Origin: Trichomonas gallinae
Taxonomy: Eukaryota
Assembly: GCA_008369845.1 (NCBI GenBank)
Contig: MRSU01000169.1
Coordinates: 1 to 58,900 of the forward strand
Direction of reading: 5' to 3'
DNA: 58,900 nucleotides
Shown: piece by piece, positions 31,967-43,493 of the stretch
Position numbering within the stretch: the first letter of the stretch is position 1
Layout of the letters: each line of letters begins with the position of its first letter
The notes under the pieces: generated by a model
Told to the model about the DNA's origin: nothing
Databases searched by the model: none
The model's input: the letters and a program-made list of their open reading frames with translations, nothing else
Position numbers and translations under genes: made by a program

Positions 31967-33234
31967 TTAATTATGAATTGGAAGGAAATAATGAATTTTG
32001 ACGATTAAACTAATGAATATAGAGGTGACTGTTTGTATACTGTCCTAAAAAGTCATCATCACCATCAAGAATAATACAATCAGAAGATTTTTATAAATAT
32101 GGCACTTTTAATGCTCATGAATGTCATGATGTCATTATCGATAACATGATGTTTTGATCACATGGCAATCATTGTTTTCCCTGATAGAAAGTAAGTTATC
32201 CGTGCATCAAGCATCAAATTAAACATTTTAGGAAATCGATTTTAATCAAATCGCTAAATTCTAAACAAAAATCTTAAAAATGCATATAACAACACTCTTT
32301 ATCAAAAATAAGTATATATTGTCGTTACAATTTATACAGAATACCTTTACATAATGAGAGAAAGTTCATTTTTTTGCGAAAATAGCTTATTCTCGATAAT
32401 TCCACGCTTGATCACGGATTTTCGTTTGTTACATAAAAAGTATGCATATTTGTGTAAAAAAGATTCATTTTTTGTTGCTAATTTTGCATTGATAATGAAT
32501 ATTTCAAAATCAATTGCTCATATATTTATGCCATTCAAATAATGTATTTGCGTTTTTGTTGCATACATCGAGTTGAATTTCTATGTATTATTTTCAAAAA
32601 TAGATCGAATACGTATATGCTAAATAGGTTATTTGCATCGTAATATTTGTTGTAAGTAAAAGTCTTTGATTATACATGAATAAATTTAGAACTGAAAATT
32701 TTACTTGAAATAAAATTCAAGAATGAGCAGTGCTTTATATTGGAAAATGAATTACTCCGAAAATTATGTAAATTGCGCAAAGATTGTTGATTAATTAGCG
32801 ATGTTTTCGATAGCTCAATGAAATGTCTTATAGGGAAACATGTGTATTTGAAGACATATATCATTGCTATATCCATTTATGATGCTCTAGTCTTGTTACG
32901 AGAGTTTAGAAATGAATGGAAATGCATGTTTTAACGAAAAGAAATTATGTCATTTTTAGAAAATTAAAATATCTATAGCATTTTTTACTAAATTTAGTTT
33001 AAAAGTGTTCAAAATCACATTTTTTCGAAAAATGAAATCATGTAAATAGGATTAGAATAGTGTTAAAATCCAAATTATCAAATAAAATCCAATTTCGAAT
33101 TTAATTTTGCGTCATTTCATTCGATTCCACAAAATTTTAGCAAAAAATAGCCTTTTTGTAAGTATTCAGTCCGAATGACAATGATTTTTCGAAAACGCAA
33201 ATAAATGTTTATTTTATCGTTCAAAGAATTTTTT

Positions 33235-35196
33235 ATGATTCAAGAGGAAGATACCTCCAAATTCCTTGAGGAAGCTACACCATGGGAGAAGCTCTCACCG
33301 AGCGCCCAAGCCTACTTCGGCACTCCCGCGCAGTTTCAGCAAAGAATTCTTCATTATTTCTTTGATCATCAGAAGCCGTACGATCAGGCTCTCACATTCA
33401 TCCCATTACCACAATACTATCAGCAACTCATCGAATTCGGCATCAACAATTTCCTTGTTTTTCCTTATCATCTTTTCCCACAGTATCAGAAAAACAGCCT
33501 CGTCACTCCATTCACTTACTACTGCGAGATGCTCTTAAGAGTTATGCAGAGCGATCGTTCTTATCAGTCAATTCCGAACTTTTCTGCTGCTGACGCTTTA
33601 CGTGTCACTGGCGTAGGCCGTAACCAGTTCATTGATGCTATGAATAAATCCAGGGCTGGTGGCTGGTCATCGATGCTTAAGTCAAAGGAGAAAGTTTTGC
33701 GTTCAATCCTTCCACAATCTCCACAGTCGATTCCATTGAGCCCGTGGTGGATTTTGACGACAGTTCCCGCCCAGGAGAACAAGCTCACTAAGCTTTCATC
33801 TTCTGCACGCCTCGTTTACGAGAGAATCGCTGCTTCCCAAGATGGAGTCGAAATCGGTCAGTTCGATGAACAAGACGTTCGCGCATTATACAACGAATGC
33901 CTTATCTACATTTCAATTCCTCTCGCACCGCAAGATACAATCAAATTATTATCACTCGAAAAATTTGTCATGAATAGAGTCGCTGGCGACTATCTTGAAG
34001 GTCTCTGCTACAAATCATTCATTTCTATTGATGACAGAACTACTGTAGAGCAGCTTTCCAAGATGCTTGCTGTTGATGTCAACGAAATCACAAAGGTTCT
34101 TTCATTCTTCATCCGCCTTGGCCTCGCTACAAAGGTCACAGTCGATGATACAGCTGACGCAACAACAGAAAACTCCGCAAAGCGTTTGGCAGCGATTTAC
34201 GATTGCAACCTTCCTTCCGACTTAATGGTTGGCAACTTAGGCTCAACAATCAAGTCTTATGCAGTCACACTCTTCGAAGTCGGTAAAATGACAGATAAAT
34301 CATTGACAGAATTTATCTCTGCACTTCAGGAAGTTCCATCACCACAGGATGATTCCATGGTCAAGTCGTACGAGCGCTGCCAAGTTATCGCTCGTATCGG
34401 CAATTTCCTCAAATCTCAGAATTTCTCAGAAGGCGGCGTAGACTTCCTCCGCCTTGAATCTCTCCTTGCCCTCGACGATGAGTCCAGGACAAAGCTCTTC
34501 GAGCGCAACTATTCAGCAGCTGTCGCTCTTGCACCACTTACATTAACACAATCATCCCTCGAAATCGGTGGAATCGTCCATTTCGGACCACCATCCCACT
34601 TATTCCACTCCCCATGGGTTATCCTCTACCTCAACGCGATCACAAAGCGCGGCCCGCCTGTTTATGTTTGGCCACAGGGTGAAATCGTTACATCCCTTCC
34701 AGAGCCTTTCTTCGACTATGAGACAGTCCGCCTCTACAAGTGGGGCAACGAAGCCGTCGACGTCCCAACGACGACACTCCTCATCTCTTTGAACGACGCA
34801 CTGCCAAGCTCACCAGTCTTGATACAGTGCTACAAGAAGAAGGGCGACGAAATCACAGAGAGCGGATTCCCATGCGAAGAAAACGACGCAGAACTCACAG
34901 AAGCATTTGGACTCGATGCTATGTTCGGTTTCATGACATACGTCATCAGGGAAGGCGCCAAGATCCCAATCGACATCTCATACGGTATCCCAACAACTAA
35001 GCTGAAGCTCTGCGAGTCTGTCATCAACACGATCGAGCAGCGCAAGATGTTCGGCGAGGAGAACATAAAGAGAATGGAAGAGGCGACAAAGAGAATCACA
35101 GGAAAGCTCGAGGAATTCGTCAAGGAATGGAGCTGTGGAATAATGACGCCAGTTAGGCCATTGTGCTCGATCGGCGATAAGATTAAGTGGCTTTGA
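33235..35196 (+). CDS. FAM91A1: FAM91A1 homolog
   Basis: FPYHL...TPFTYYCEML...DRSYQSIPNFSAADALRVTGVGRNQFIDAMN, LEKFVMNRVAGDYLEGLCYK, LMVGNLG...YAVTLFEVGK, HFGPP. Start is 33235 or 33205. Confidence 0.92.
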   Translation: MIQEEDTSKFLEEATPWEKLSPSAQAYFGTPAQFQQRILHYFFDHQKPYDQALTFIPLPQYYQQLIEFGINNFLVFPYHLFPQYQKNSLVTPFTYYCEMLLRVMQSDRSYQSIPNFSAADALRVTGVGRNQFIDAMNKSRAGGWSSMLKSKEKVLRSILPQSPQSIPLSPWWILTTVPAQENKLTKLSSSARLVYERIAASQDGVEIGQFDEQDVRALYNECLIYISIPLAPQDTIKLLSLEKFVMNRVAGDYLEGLCYKSFISIDDRTTVEQLSKMLAVDVNEITKVLSFFIRLGLATKVTVDDTADATTENSAKRLAAIYDCNLPSDLMVGNLGSTIKSYAVTLFEVGKMTDKSLTEFISALQEVPSPQDDSMVKSYERCQVIARIGNFLKSQNFSEGGVDFLRLESLLALDDESRTKLFERNYSAAVALAPLTLTQSSLEIGGIVHFGPPSHLFHSPWVILYLNAITKRGPPVYVWPQGEIVTSLPEPFFDYETVRLYKWGNEAVDVPTTTLLISLNDALPSSPVLIQCYKKKGDEITESGFPCEENDAELTEAFGLDAMFGFMTYVIREGAKIPIDISYGIPTTKLKLCESVINTIEQRKMFGEENIKRMEEATKRITGKLEEFVKEWSCGIMTPVRPLCSIGDKIKWL

Positions 35197-35884
35197 GAAA
35201 TTTATATTATTTTTTTTCTATTTTTTTCAATAAAATCGATCTGCAAATTAATACCACTCTTTATCCTAAATCATTAGTGAAATACAGATGTTTTAATATG
35301 ATATTTTATCCAAGTGAATGTGAATTTAAAAAATAAACGAAAATTATATCTTAACAAACATTTATGATTTGAGTACTAATTGATATGTTAATATTTAGAT
35401 CAAAATTCAAGATTTTCAAATATTCGATTTTGATGATTTAAAATTGCATATTGAAAACATAACAATATGATTTGCAAAATAGTAAATCTTTTATTGACAA
35501 TCTAACGAAGACTGAATTCCCTAAATCAATTTCCCAAAAATAAAATATCATATTCATTGATTACTAATATAATAATATTTTACACAAAGAAAAAACATAT
35601 TATTTTATCGTACAAAATTATGATGTTTCCGATGATAAAAAAATTCATACAATAAAAATCTTTTTCATCAATTTTTAATATTAAAAAACCATATGAAAAC
35701 ATATGAAAAGTAATATGATAATACAAAATTATGGCTTTTCCATTAATATTTTTTATCACTTTGTGACTTTTCTTTATTTTGATCTAATTTTAGTTAAATC
35801 AGATTTACTCATCATAAAACAGCTGAATAAAACAATTAAAAGCGTTTTTGTCCAAAAATTTTTGGCCAAAAAAATTTCGTGAAA

Positions 35885-38800
35885 ATGGAAGAATTGGTGC
35901 AAAACATTGTCAACGTGCTGACGGCCTTGCACGAGATGTCTCGGACGGGCCAGGGCCTGACGCAGGAGAGAATTGACGAAATTAACAACGCAATTGACCA
36001 ATATTCGCAAGATTATTTCGCAATTTACGCATTTCTTCAAATTATTCGTCAGCATCCTGATGTAATCATCAGAAAGTATGCGTGCACATCAATGAGACTC
36101 GCTTTTAAGTACAATTGGGCAAATAATGATAAACAAGAAGAAATCCTTAAAATTATGTTTAATATTCTTGTAACAGAGCAAGACAACATCGTAAGAGAGC
36201 AAACTATCGTACAAATTGCTAAGCTTATGTCTGAAATTTTGGCTCCATTAGTTATTCAATTTGCTCGTGATTCTTTGAGCTCAGGATCAGCGCCACACTT
36301 ATTGTTGGCTGTTAAGCTCATCGGCTACACAGCAAGATTGTATCCGAAAGATGAATCTCTCGCTGAATTTTTAAGAAACTTAACGAAAGCAGCAATTTCA
36401 GTTGGTCAACCAGAATTGATACTTGCAGCCTACAACACGATCTTTGAATACTACATCGAGTCACAAGCTGACAATAATGAAGATATTCAAGGAATTTGGC
36501 AAACAGCGGTTGAATTATTGCCACAATACTACGCCGATGAGCAGTTATTCCGCCAGCTCTGCGAAATTATGGCAAAACCGCTTGGCCTCGGCGCAGATTT
36601 CACTCCACTCGAAGAAATCACAGGAATTATCCTCGAATTATTCAACAGAGAAGGCAGTGTCACTCTTGTTAGCTCCTGCAGGAATATCATTGACGCTCTC
36701 GCTTCTGGTTATCCAGAATTGATGGCAGCTCAAGAATACAGCTTCGAAATCTACAAACGCTACTGTGATATTGCTGCATCTGAGTTCCAGCCTGAAGAAA
36801 CACTCGGATATCAGACTGTAGATATTTTCGAGCCGATTTGTTCTTCATTTGCATTAAATCCAAACTGGATGGAAGCCTTCTGGCAGTACAAGGACACTGT
36901 CATGGACTCACCAGCTGGCCAGACAATTGTTATGCTCACTGTTGCTTACACAATGTCGAATGCATGTGATTTCTACGAGAATTACTTAGATGACCTGGCC
37001 GAATTAATCGTCAACTGCATCAACATTGAGGTTGTCCCTCTGTATGAGAGTGCAGTCACTGCTCTTAATGAGTTTATGAAAGTTTTCAAAAATCAATTCG
37101 ATGATTACGCTTCATTATTCGAAGAAGCACTCCTTAATTTGATCGAAGAGAAAGGATCCATAGAAGCTATCAATGTGCTTGACTCAATTTTCCGCATTGT
37201 TGGCGATTCTGATAATATTTTCGAACGTGCACTTAATCTTTTGGTCAATCTCCTCAATGAAATACCAGCAGAGTCACGCTATATCTGTGTCCGCGCTATT
37301 GCAAACCTCTCTAAGAACAGCCAAGCTTTAATCGAACAATTCGCATCAGAAGTCTTCGAGATTGTCAACATGATCATCCAGGCAGACGAAGGCGATGAAG
37401 TTGCCCAGCTGAAACCAGAGGCAATTGCTGTCTTAGGTGTCTTAATCATGAAAACTCCAGGCTTATTCGAAAGCAACGCAAACGAAATCGCTGAATTCAT
37501 TGTCAGCGCCTTCGAAAACAACGAGGACCCATCCTTAGTTTTGGACAGCCTCAACGCTTTCGGTTATTTGGTCAACATCCTCCCTGGAGCACTCACGGAG
37601 ATGATTCCGCACGTTTTGGAAGTCCTTTCCGCTTTGTCGAAGACAGACCAGACGAAGAAGCTCGTAGACTTGACAACTGTTTTAATAGACGATGCTGTTG
37701 TCGGCGACGATGATGAGAATGCTCTCAACGACGACAAAGGACTGTTCCTCAACAGGGATGAGCTCGAAGTATCAGGAGCAGCTACAATGTTGTATGGAAA
37801 CATTCTGTATAACTTCACCGACTATCTACAGTCACACCTCGAAGACTTCCTCAATTCAATTACAATCCTCACAGACTCAGTTTTCGACGAGTCTATTTCT
37901 TTCGCTATGCACGCGCTTATTTATGTTATACAAGCGATGGGAGTCACAGGATTCATAGTACCAGAGGCAGTCAACAGAATTTTGCTGAATATTCATTCTG
38001 CAGCTGAAAGCAAGACAGTCGAGAATGTCTCCGCGGCCATTGAATGCTACGCTGCTATTGTCTGCGATTTCGGTTTAGAACATCTCGGCGAGGGATTCGG
38101 CCAGATCCTAGAAATACTCGACAGCGCTGTCAGAGTCAACCTTCCGTGCAACGATGGTGAGATTGATATCCCAGAGGATCTGCAGGGAACAGTGAGACAG
38201 CTGTTCAGAGAGATCTTCGCGGCATACGAAGGCCAGGCTCTCCCAGATATGGTTCTCGCGGACATCAATGAAGTGATTATCCCGCTGCTCGACAAAGACT
38301 CGAATTTGGCATCGTTCGCTTTGGGAATCTTGAGCAGATACATCGACTCCCAGGAAATAACAGACGAATTTGCAGTCGCTGTTCTCGAGAAAGCACTTAA
38401 TGTCCAGCTGAAATTCATGATATACGAAGGCTTCTACTTGATCAAGAACTTAGTCCAGAAGAAGCCGACAGTCATCAGCAACGCAGGCGAATACTTGAAG
38501 CAGCTCTTCCGCGCCAAATTCGAGCAGCGCGCGAAGACATCACCAGCGTACTTGCAGATGAAGGACAACATGGTGACAGCCTTCGGAGCTGTTGTCATGC
38601 ACGCTCAAGTTTTCACTGACGAAGAAGTCGCAATGTTCTTCGACAGAGTTTTAGAAATGATGCCGGCGAGCGTTGACCATTCCGAAGATATGTCTATGCT
38701 CGAGTTCTTCTTCTGGATTGCTCAGAGATACCAGAACGCCGAGAAACTCGCACCTGTCTTAATCAGGTTCTTCGCACTGCCGAAAGAGGTCATCGCGTCA

Positions 38801-38947
38801 ACAGAGATTTCACAGGAGTACTTACGAACGCTCAAACTTGCGCTCTCGAAGCTGCTCGGTCAGCTTCCGAACGCACAAGAATTCATCTGCGCTGTTTGTA
38901 AGAACGATGAGTTGAAGATCGGACATGTTTCACAAGCCCTTCAATAA
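35885..38947 (+). CDS. Importin-beta/karyopherin family HEAT protein (importin-4/5-like)
   Basis: IBN_N-like start (IIRQHPDVIIRKYACTSMRLAFKYNW), very acidic HEAT array of about 1020 aa, C-terminal MKDNMVTAFG...MMPASVDHSED. Confidence 0.8.
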   Translation: MEELVQNIVNVLTALHEMSRTGQGLTQERIDEINNAIDQYSQDYFAIYAFLQIIRQHPDVIIRKYACTSMRLAFKYNWANNDKQEEILKIMFNILVTEQDNIVREQTIVQIAKLMSEILAPLVIQFARDSLSSGSAPHLLLAVKLIGYTARLYPKDESLAEFLRNLTKAAISVGQPELILAAYNTIFEYYIESQADNNEDIQGIWQTAVELLPQYYADEQLFRQLCEIMAKPLGLGADFTPLEEITGIILELFNREGSVTLVSSCRNIIDALASGYPELMAAQEYSFEIYKRYCDIAASEFQPEETLGYQTVDIFEPICSSFALNPNWMEAFWQYKDTVMDSPAGQTIVMLTVAYTMSNACDFYENYLDDLAELIVNCINIEVVPLYESAVTALNEFMKVFKNQFDDYASLFEEALLNLIEEKGSIEAINVLDSIFRIVGDSDNIFERALNLLVNLLNEIPAESRYICVRAIANLSKNSQALIEQFASEVFEIVNMIIQADEGDEVAQLKPEAIAVLGVLIMKTPGLFESNANEIAEFIVSAFENNEDPSLVLDSLNAFGYLVNILPGALTEMIPHVLEVLSALSKTDQTKKLVDLTTVLIDDAVVGDDDENALNDDKGLFLNRDELEVSGAATMLYGNILYNFTDYLQSHLEDFLNSITILTDSVFDESISFAMHALIYVIQAMGVTGFIVPEAVNRILLNIHSAAESKTVENVSAAIECYAAIVCDFGLEHLGEGFGQILEILDSAVRVNLPCNDGEIDIPEDLQGTVRQLFREIFAAYEGQALPDMVLADINEVIIPLLDKDSNLASFALGILSRYIDSQEITDEFAVAVLEKALNVQLKFMIYEGFYLIKNLVQKKPTVISNAGEYLKQLFRAKFEQRAKTSPAYLQMKDNMVTAFGAVVMHAQVFTDEEVAMFFDRVLEMMPASVDHSEDMSMLEFFFWIAQRYQNAEKLAPVLIRFFALPKEVIASTEISQEYLRTLKLALSKLLGQLPNAQEFICAVCKNDELKIGHVSQALQ

Positions 38948-39179
38948 AGATAGAGATTGTTTTATTATTTTTTTTTCATTTTCATTTCTATATATAAACA
39001 AAATAACAATTTTTTTGATATTTAATATATTTTTTTTCATTGATTTTTTACTTGAAATTAACCTAATATCTGATATTTTTTTGAATTTAGTTTAATGCGA
39101 TTTTTAAAAAGGTGAATGCAAAATTTTTAGTGTGTTGTGGTAGAAAATGAAAGATATTGAGTATGAAAACTAAATTATT

Positions 39180-39641
39180 TTATTGAGCTTGTTTCTTCTT
39201 CTTCATTTCTTGTTTCTTGCGCCAGTTTGTAATGGATGCTCTAATTGCATCTTGAGCAAGCATTGAACAATGTTGCTTAACTGGTGGAAGATTTAATTCC
39301 TTAGCAATTGCTGTATTCTTGATAGCAAGAGCTTCTTCGACAGTCTTACCTTTGATCATTGTTGTAGCAAGGGAAGAAGAAGCGACAGCAGCTGGGCAGC
39401 CAAATGCACGGAACTTAACATCCTCAATAACACCCTTATCGTTGATTTTTACTTGGAGTTTGAGGGCATCGCCGCATGCTGGAGCGCCAACAATGCCTGT
39501 ACCGACATGATCATCTTTCATATCGAGAGATCCAGTGTTCTGAGGATTCTTGAAGTGCTGGTTGACGTTTTCGTGATAGAAAAGCATGCCAAGTGGCTTC
39601 GTGAAGTTAAGAGGAAGAGAAGTACAGACGGAAGAAAGCAT
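39180..39641 (-). CDS. iscU: Fe-S cluster scaffold IscU with hydrogenosomal-type presequence
   Basis: YHENVNQHFKNPQNTGSLD, GAPACGD, FRAFGC, LNLPPVKQHCSMLA (three Cys plus LPPVK); N-terminal MLSSVCTSLPLNFTKPLGMLF extension from ATG 39641. Confidence 0.97.
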   Translation of the reverse strand: MLSSVCTSLPLNFTKPLGMLFYHENVNQHFKNPQNTGSLDMKDDHVGTGIVGAPACGDALKLQVKINDKGVIEDVKFRAFGCPAAVASSSLATTMIKGKTVEEALAIKNTAIAKELNLPPVKQHCSMLAQDAIRASITNWRKKQEMKKKKQAQ

Positions 39642-40357
39642 CGTCTGGCACTTTTCATTGTTTAAGGTTATTAATGAGCCAACTTCAAACAATATAAATC
39701 TTAAAAACTCATAATGTGCACATTCATTTTTTCACGCCCATATTTCCGAATTTTGAAGTAATTAAATAATGAAAATTAAAATAGCTAATAACGAATCTTT
39801 TATTACGTAAATATGCATGAATTTGATATAACCAATCGAAATTCGTGATTAAACCAGAGATAGCTATTTTTGCAAAAAAATCAACTTTTTCTATATCTGG
39901 TTGATTTGTTCACTGTTTCTGACATAATCTCATGCTGAGTTACATTTCATGTAAACATTATAAATAGATGGACTTGAATTTTTTCGCAAATCACGATGAT
40001 TTATCATAAGAAGAAAGAGAGAATCATCTTCATTATTGTTCAAATAAATATACGATGCACAACACATATATAACCAATAACAAGCTGTTTATCATTCAAA
40101 ATAACATCCACATCGAGACATCACAAGTTTTTTGAAATTTCCTATAACAATATAGTAACACATGATCCATCAGAAACATGGGATCCCTATTATGTGCATG
40201 TGCTGATGTATAAATGTGGGCTCATTCTGTCTCTCAAGAAAGTCGAAATCACAAAAAACAAATTGTGGTTAGGAAAAATTTCATCGATTTTAATGCCATT
40301 TAGCATATATAAGAGAACATAATGAATAAGGTTCAATTTGTAGGAAATCGATGAGAG

Positions 40358-40364
40358 TCACTTT
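40358..40364 (+). promoter_or_regulatory. Initiator TCACTTT upstream of Rab
   Basis: Ends 20 nt before ATG 40385. Confidence 0.7.
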
Positions 40365-40384
40365 TTATTTCAAAAACGTGACAA

Positions 40385-40981
40385 ATGAGAAAAGTGAAAA
40401 TTGTTCTTGTTGGTGCAGCTCACACCGGCAAAACGTCAATTGTCAACCAATACGTCTTCGGATCATTCACACATCACACAGTTTCAACCACGCAGCCAGC
40501 TTTCTGCCAGAAACAGTTGACATTTCAAGAAAAAGAACTTTCGCTTGAAATATGGGATACAGCAGGCCAAGAAAGGTACCATGCACTATCCCCGCTATTT
40601 TATCGCGATGCAGAGGCAGGTATTGTCGTTTTTGATTTAACTGATAAAGATTCTTTTTCACGTGCACAAAAATGGATAAATGAATTGAAGCAAGCTCGTG
40701 GTGAACAGATTAATATCGTAATTGCAGGCAACAAAAGTGACTTAATAGATAAAAGAGTGGTTACGCAAGCTGAAGCTCAAGAACTTGCATCGCAGTTTAA
40801 AGCCCCATATTTTGAAACTAGTGCAAAAACCAAAGAAAATCTAGAAACAGTATTTAATACGATTTGCGAATATATAGTTAAGGCAATGGCTTCTGCACCA
40901 CCTCCAAAGGAACAACAAGGAAAATCGCTCAAAGGAAACGTTGTTTTCGAAGAAGAAAAACAGGAAAAAGGTTGTTGCTAA
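40385..40981 (+). CDS. Rab GTPase, Rab5/Rab21-related
   Basis: GAAHTGKTS, STTQPAF effector region, WDTAGQERYHALSPLFYRDA, GNKSD, ETSAK, C-terminal GCC. Confidence 0.93.
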   Translation: MRKVKIVLVGAAHTGKTSIVNQYVFGSFTHHTVSTTQPAFCQKQLTFQEKELSLEIWDTAGQERYHALSPLFYRDAEAGIVVFDLTDKDSFSRAQKWINELKQARGEQINIVIAGNKSDLIDKRVVTQAEAQELASQFKAPYFETSAKTKENLETVFNTICEYIVKAMASAPPPKEQQGKSLKGNVVFEEEKQEKGCC

Positions 40982-41085
40982 GTATTGATTTTATGTTATT
41001 TGTTAGTTTTTTTTTTGTGATCTTGTAGCTATCAGAGCTCATTTGTTATTTTACTTTCTATTATCTTTCAATAAATTTTGATAGA

Positions 41086-41170
41086 AATATTTATTTTCAA
41101 AGTTAGTAAACAAAGCATTACTATACAGATAGAAAAACCGCAATATTACAATATTTATTTTCAAAGTTAG
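41086..41170. repeat. Direct repeat, 21-bp identical core, 64-bp period
   Basis: AATATTTATTTTCAAAGTTAG at 41086-41106 and 41150-41170, with similar following bases. Confidence 0.8.
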
Positions 41171-41570
41171 GTACCAATGCAATAATTAGAATTAGATTTG
41201 ATTGCTTCAAAGTATAATGTTGTTCAACGTAATTTTAAATCCATTACATATATATATATAAATATATACATTGGCTTCATATCATTATATGTTATTCATG
41301 ATTTTAATCATTTACAAATATCATCATTTTACATGACAAATCATTATTTTGTAAATCATCATATGACAAAAAACATATATAAGTTCATTTTTAAGATAAT
41401 AACCATCTAATGGTCAAGTATTTCAATATGGTGATGATTCAGCCAAAATATAAGATTTAATATAAATTTGATAATTTCTTTTGATGTTAATATTAGGAAA
41501 TTATGGTGCAAATCTTTTAGAATAGTCACTATCTACTTATTTATGCGAATTAAACTTATCATTATTAAAA

Positions 41571-42695
41571 ATGATGTTTTCTGAATTTGTTCCTGACGAA
41601 TTCAGAGAATTAAATGATGCTGTAAAGATTATATGGACACTAAATAAAACAAATTCGGATGTTATATTAGAACAAACAATTAAAAACATCGAAAATAATA
41701 TTCTATCTATTGAAAGGGTCTTTAATTTAATTAGTTGTATGCACACATCGACTAATGATGTTATTTTCCCGTTTTGTGTATCTCTTGCAAACCACTTTCA
41801 TGTTCAAAAACAGAAAATTTATATTCGATCTCCATTTCTACGCGCTTATTTGTTTTACCATGATGTTATCGTTGATAATTCTTCTTCACACATAAACGAG
41901 AAGATGGCAATATCAGTATATCCAGAATCTAGTATTCAATACGCAATTCGCGCAGACGACATACAATCATTCCAAGAAATCTGCATGTCAATCGAAAGCA
42001 TGAATCCAGATCAAATTATACGTCTTGCAAATGTTCCATATCCATTCATATGTGTTACAATGTTATCTGCAGCTGCTTTTTACGGAGCAGTCAACTGTTT
42101 CAAGTTTATGGTAGCGAATTATAACGTAAACGAAACAATGTTCGACATGCAGTTTTTCACTTGCGCAGTTATTGGCGGAAATCCAGACATTATCAATCTC
42201 TGCGACCAAAAATCGATAAAATTCAACAGCATGTTGATGGCTTTCGCCATTTACTACCATAGGGATAACGTAGCTGCCTGGCTTATAGAGAAATATGACG
42301 CAGACATCTCTTTCACTACATCGCTGACCACTTTGAATTTGCCTTTTTTCTTCTACAAACTCTCGCTCGGAATTAATAAAAGAGACACAGATTTAAGACA
42401 CGCAGTGCACGCAGCAGTCATTGCCAACTGCATGGATATACTAAGGTACCTCGTTAATCACGGCGCAGACATAAATGCAGTTGACTCTCACGCGGAGTCG
42501 CCGCTTCACATTGCTTTGATCGCCGAGAACTACGACATGGCAAAATACATTGTCGACAGTGGCGGGGATGTTATGCGTGCAAAGCGTTGGATGGACGTGT
42601 TTTCTAACAGGGATAGGGATGATGCAGAGACTGACATGCTGAACTATCTACTAAAGAATGTTCCGAAAACTGCTGAAGAAGATCAACAAAATTAA
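41571..42695 (+). CDS. Ankyrin-repeat protein with DUF3447-like region (trichomonad-expanded family)
   Basis: SAAAFYGAVNCFKFM, CAVIGGNPDIINLC, AIYYHRDNVAAWLIEKY, then ANK repeats (ILRYLVNHGADINAVD...SPLHIA). Confidence 0.9.
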   Translation: MMFSEFVPDEFRELNDAVKIIWTLNKTNSDVILEQTIKNIENNILSIERVFNLISCMHTSTNDVIFPFCVSLANHFHVQKQKIYIRSPFLRAYLFYHDVIVDNSSSHINEKMAISVYPESSIQYAIRADDIQSFQEICMSIESMNPDQIIRLANVPYPFICVTMLSAAAFYGAVNCFKFMVANYNVNETMFDMQFFTCAVIGGNPDIINLCDQKSIKFNSMLMAFAIYYHRDNVAAWLIEKYDADISFTTSLTTLNLPFFFYKLSLGINKRDTDLRHAVHAAVIANCMDILRYLVNHGADINAVDSHAESPLHIALIAENYDMAKYIVDSGGDVMRAKRWMDVFSNRDRDDAETDMLNYLLKNVPKTAEEDQQN

Positions 42696-43493
42696 TTCGT
42701 GATTTTTTCGATTGAAACGCAAAAGCTGTACAATTGTTCACAAATATTTCCTATATAGTTAGTTTGATGATTTTTTTGCATATTTTCCATGATAACAGAA
42801 TATCAACAAAATTCGTTAAGTAATTATGCAAAAATGCTTCTTAATGCTAATCCACTAATGAATTTTTTTATATTTTCCAATAGAACAGAACTCTTATCGC
42901 GAAGAGTCTCCTCATTTACTATCATTTACTGTCTTCTCTCGACAACTCAATCATACTATTATCACGACTATATATTTCAGATACAATTCGTTGTTTTCAT
43001 CATCTTATAACATCATAAAGTAAATAATTATATTTTCATTTATTCTTTTTTTCCTTATCTATTTCTTTTATAGTAACGTAATATTATACACAAGATTACA
43101 TACTATTTGATTCCCACATTAACCCCAATTAGATACCATTGATTGTGGAGTTATAGTGCGTTTCATTTTCTGCAAAAAGTAGATTTTGGAAAAATAATAA
43201 CATTTTATGAAGCATAGATACGATCTATTGACTGACAAAATATACCGGAATAGGTGGTTAATAATAGAGTAACGCTTGTTTATTTGGAAAATCCGATTTC
43301 GAATTTGTCCAAAATCGTATTTTCAATGTATCAATTTGGCATATATTATAGAACTTGTGGTGTAGAATCATTCAATACAATATGAATATATATTAACAAA
43401 TTAGAATTTGATATATAAGGGGCGGAAAAAATCTAACATGTCAGGTCATCCTTTATGATATAATTGGAAGAATATTTTGTTCAAAATTAATGA

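Noticed and set aside
32354..32876. Short AT-rich ORFs in the CXXC/FAM91A1 spacer
   Set aside because: Composition matches intergenic DNA; no recognisable domain.
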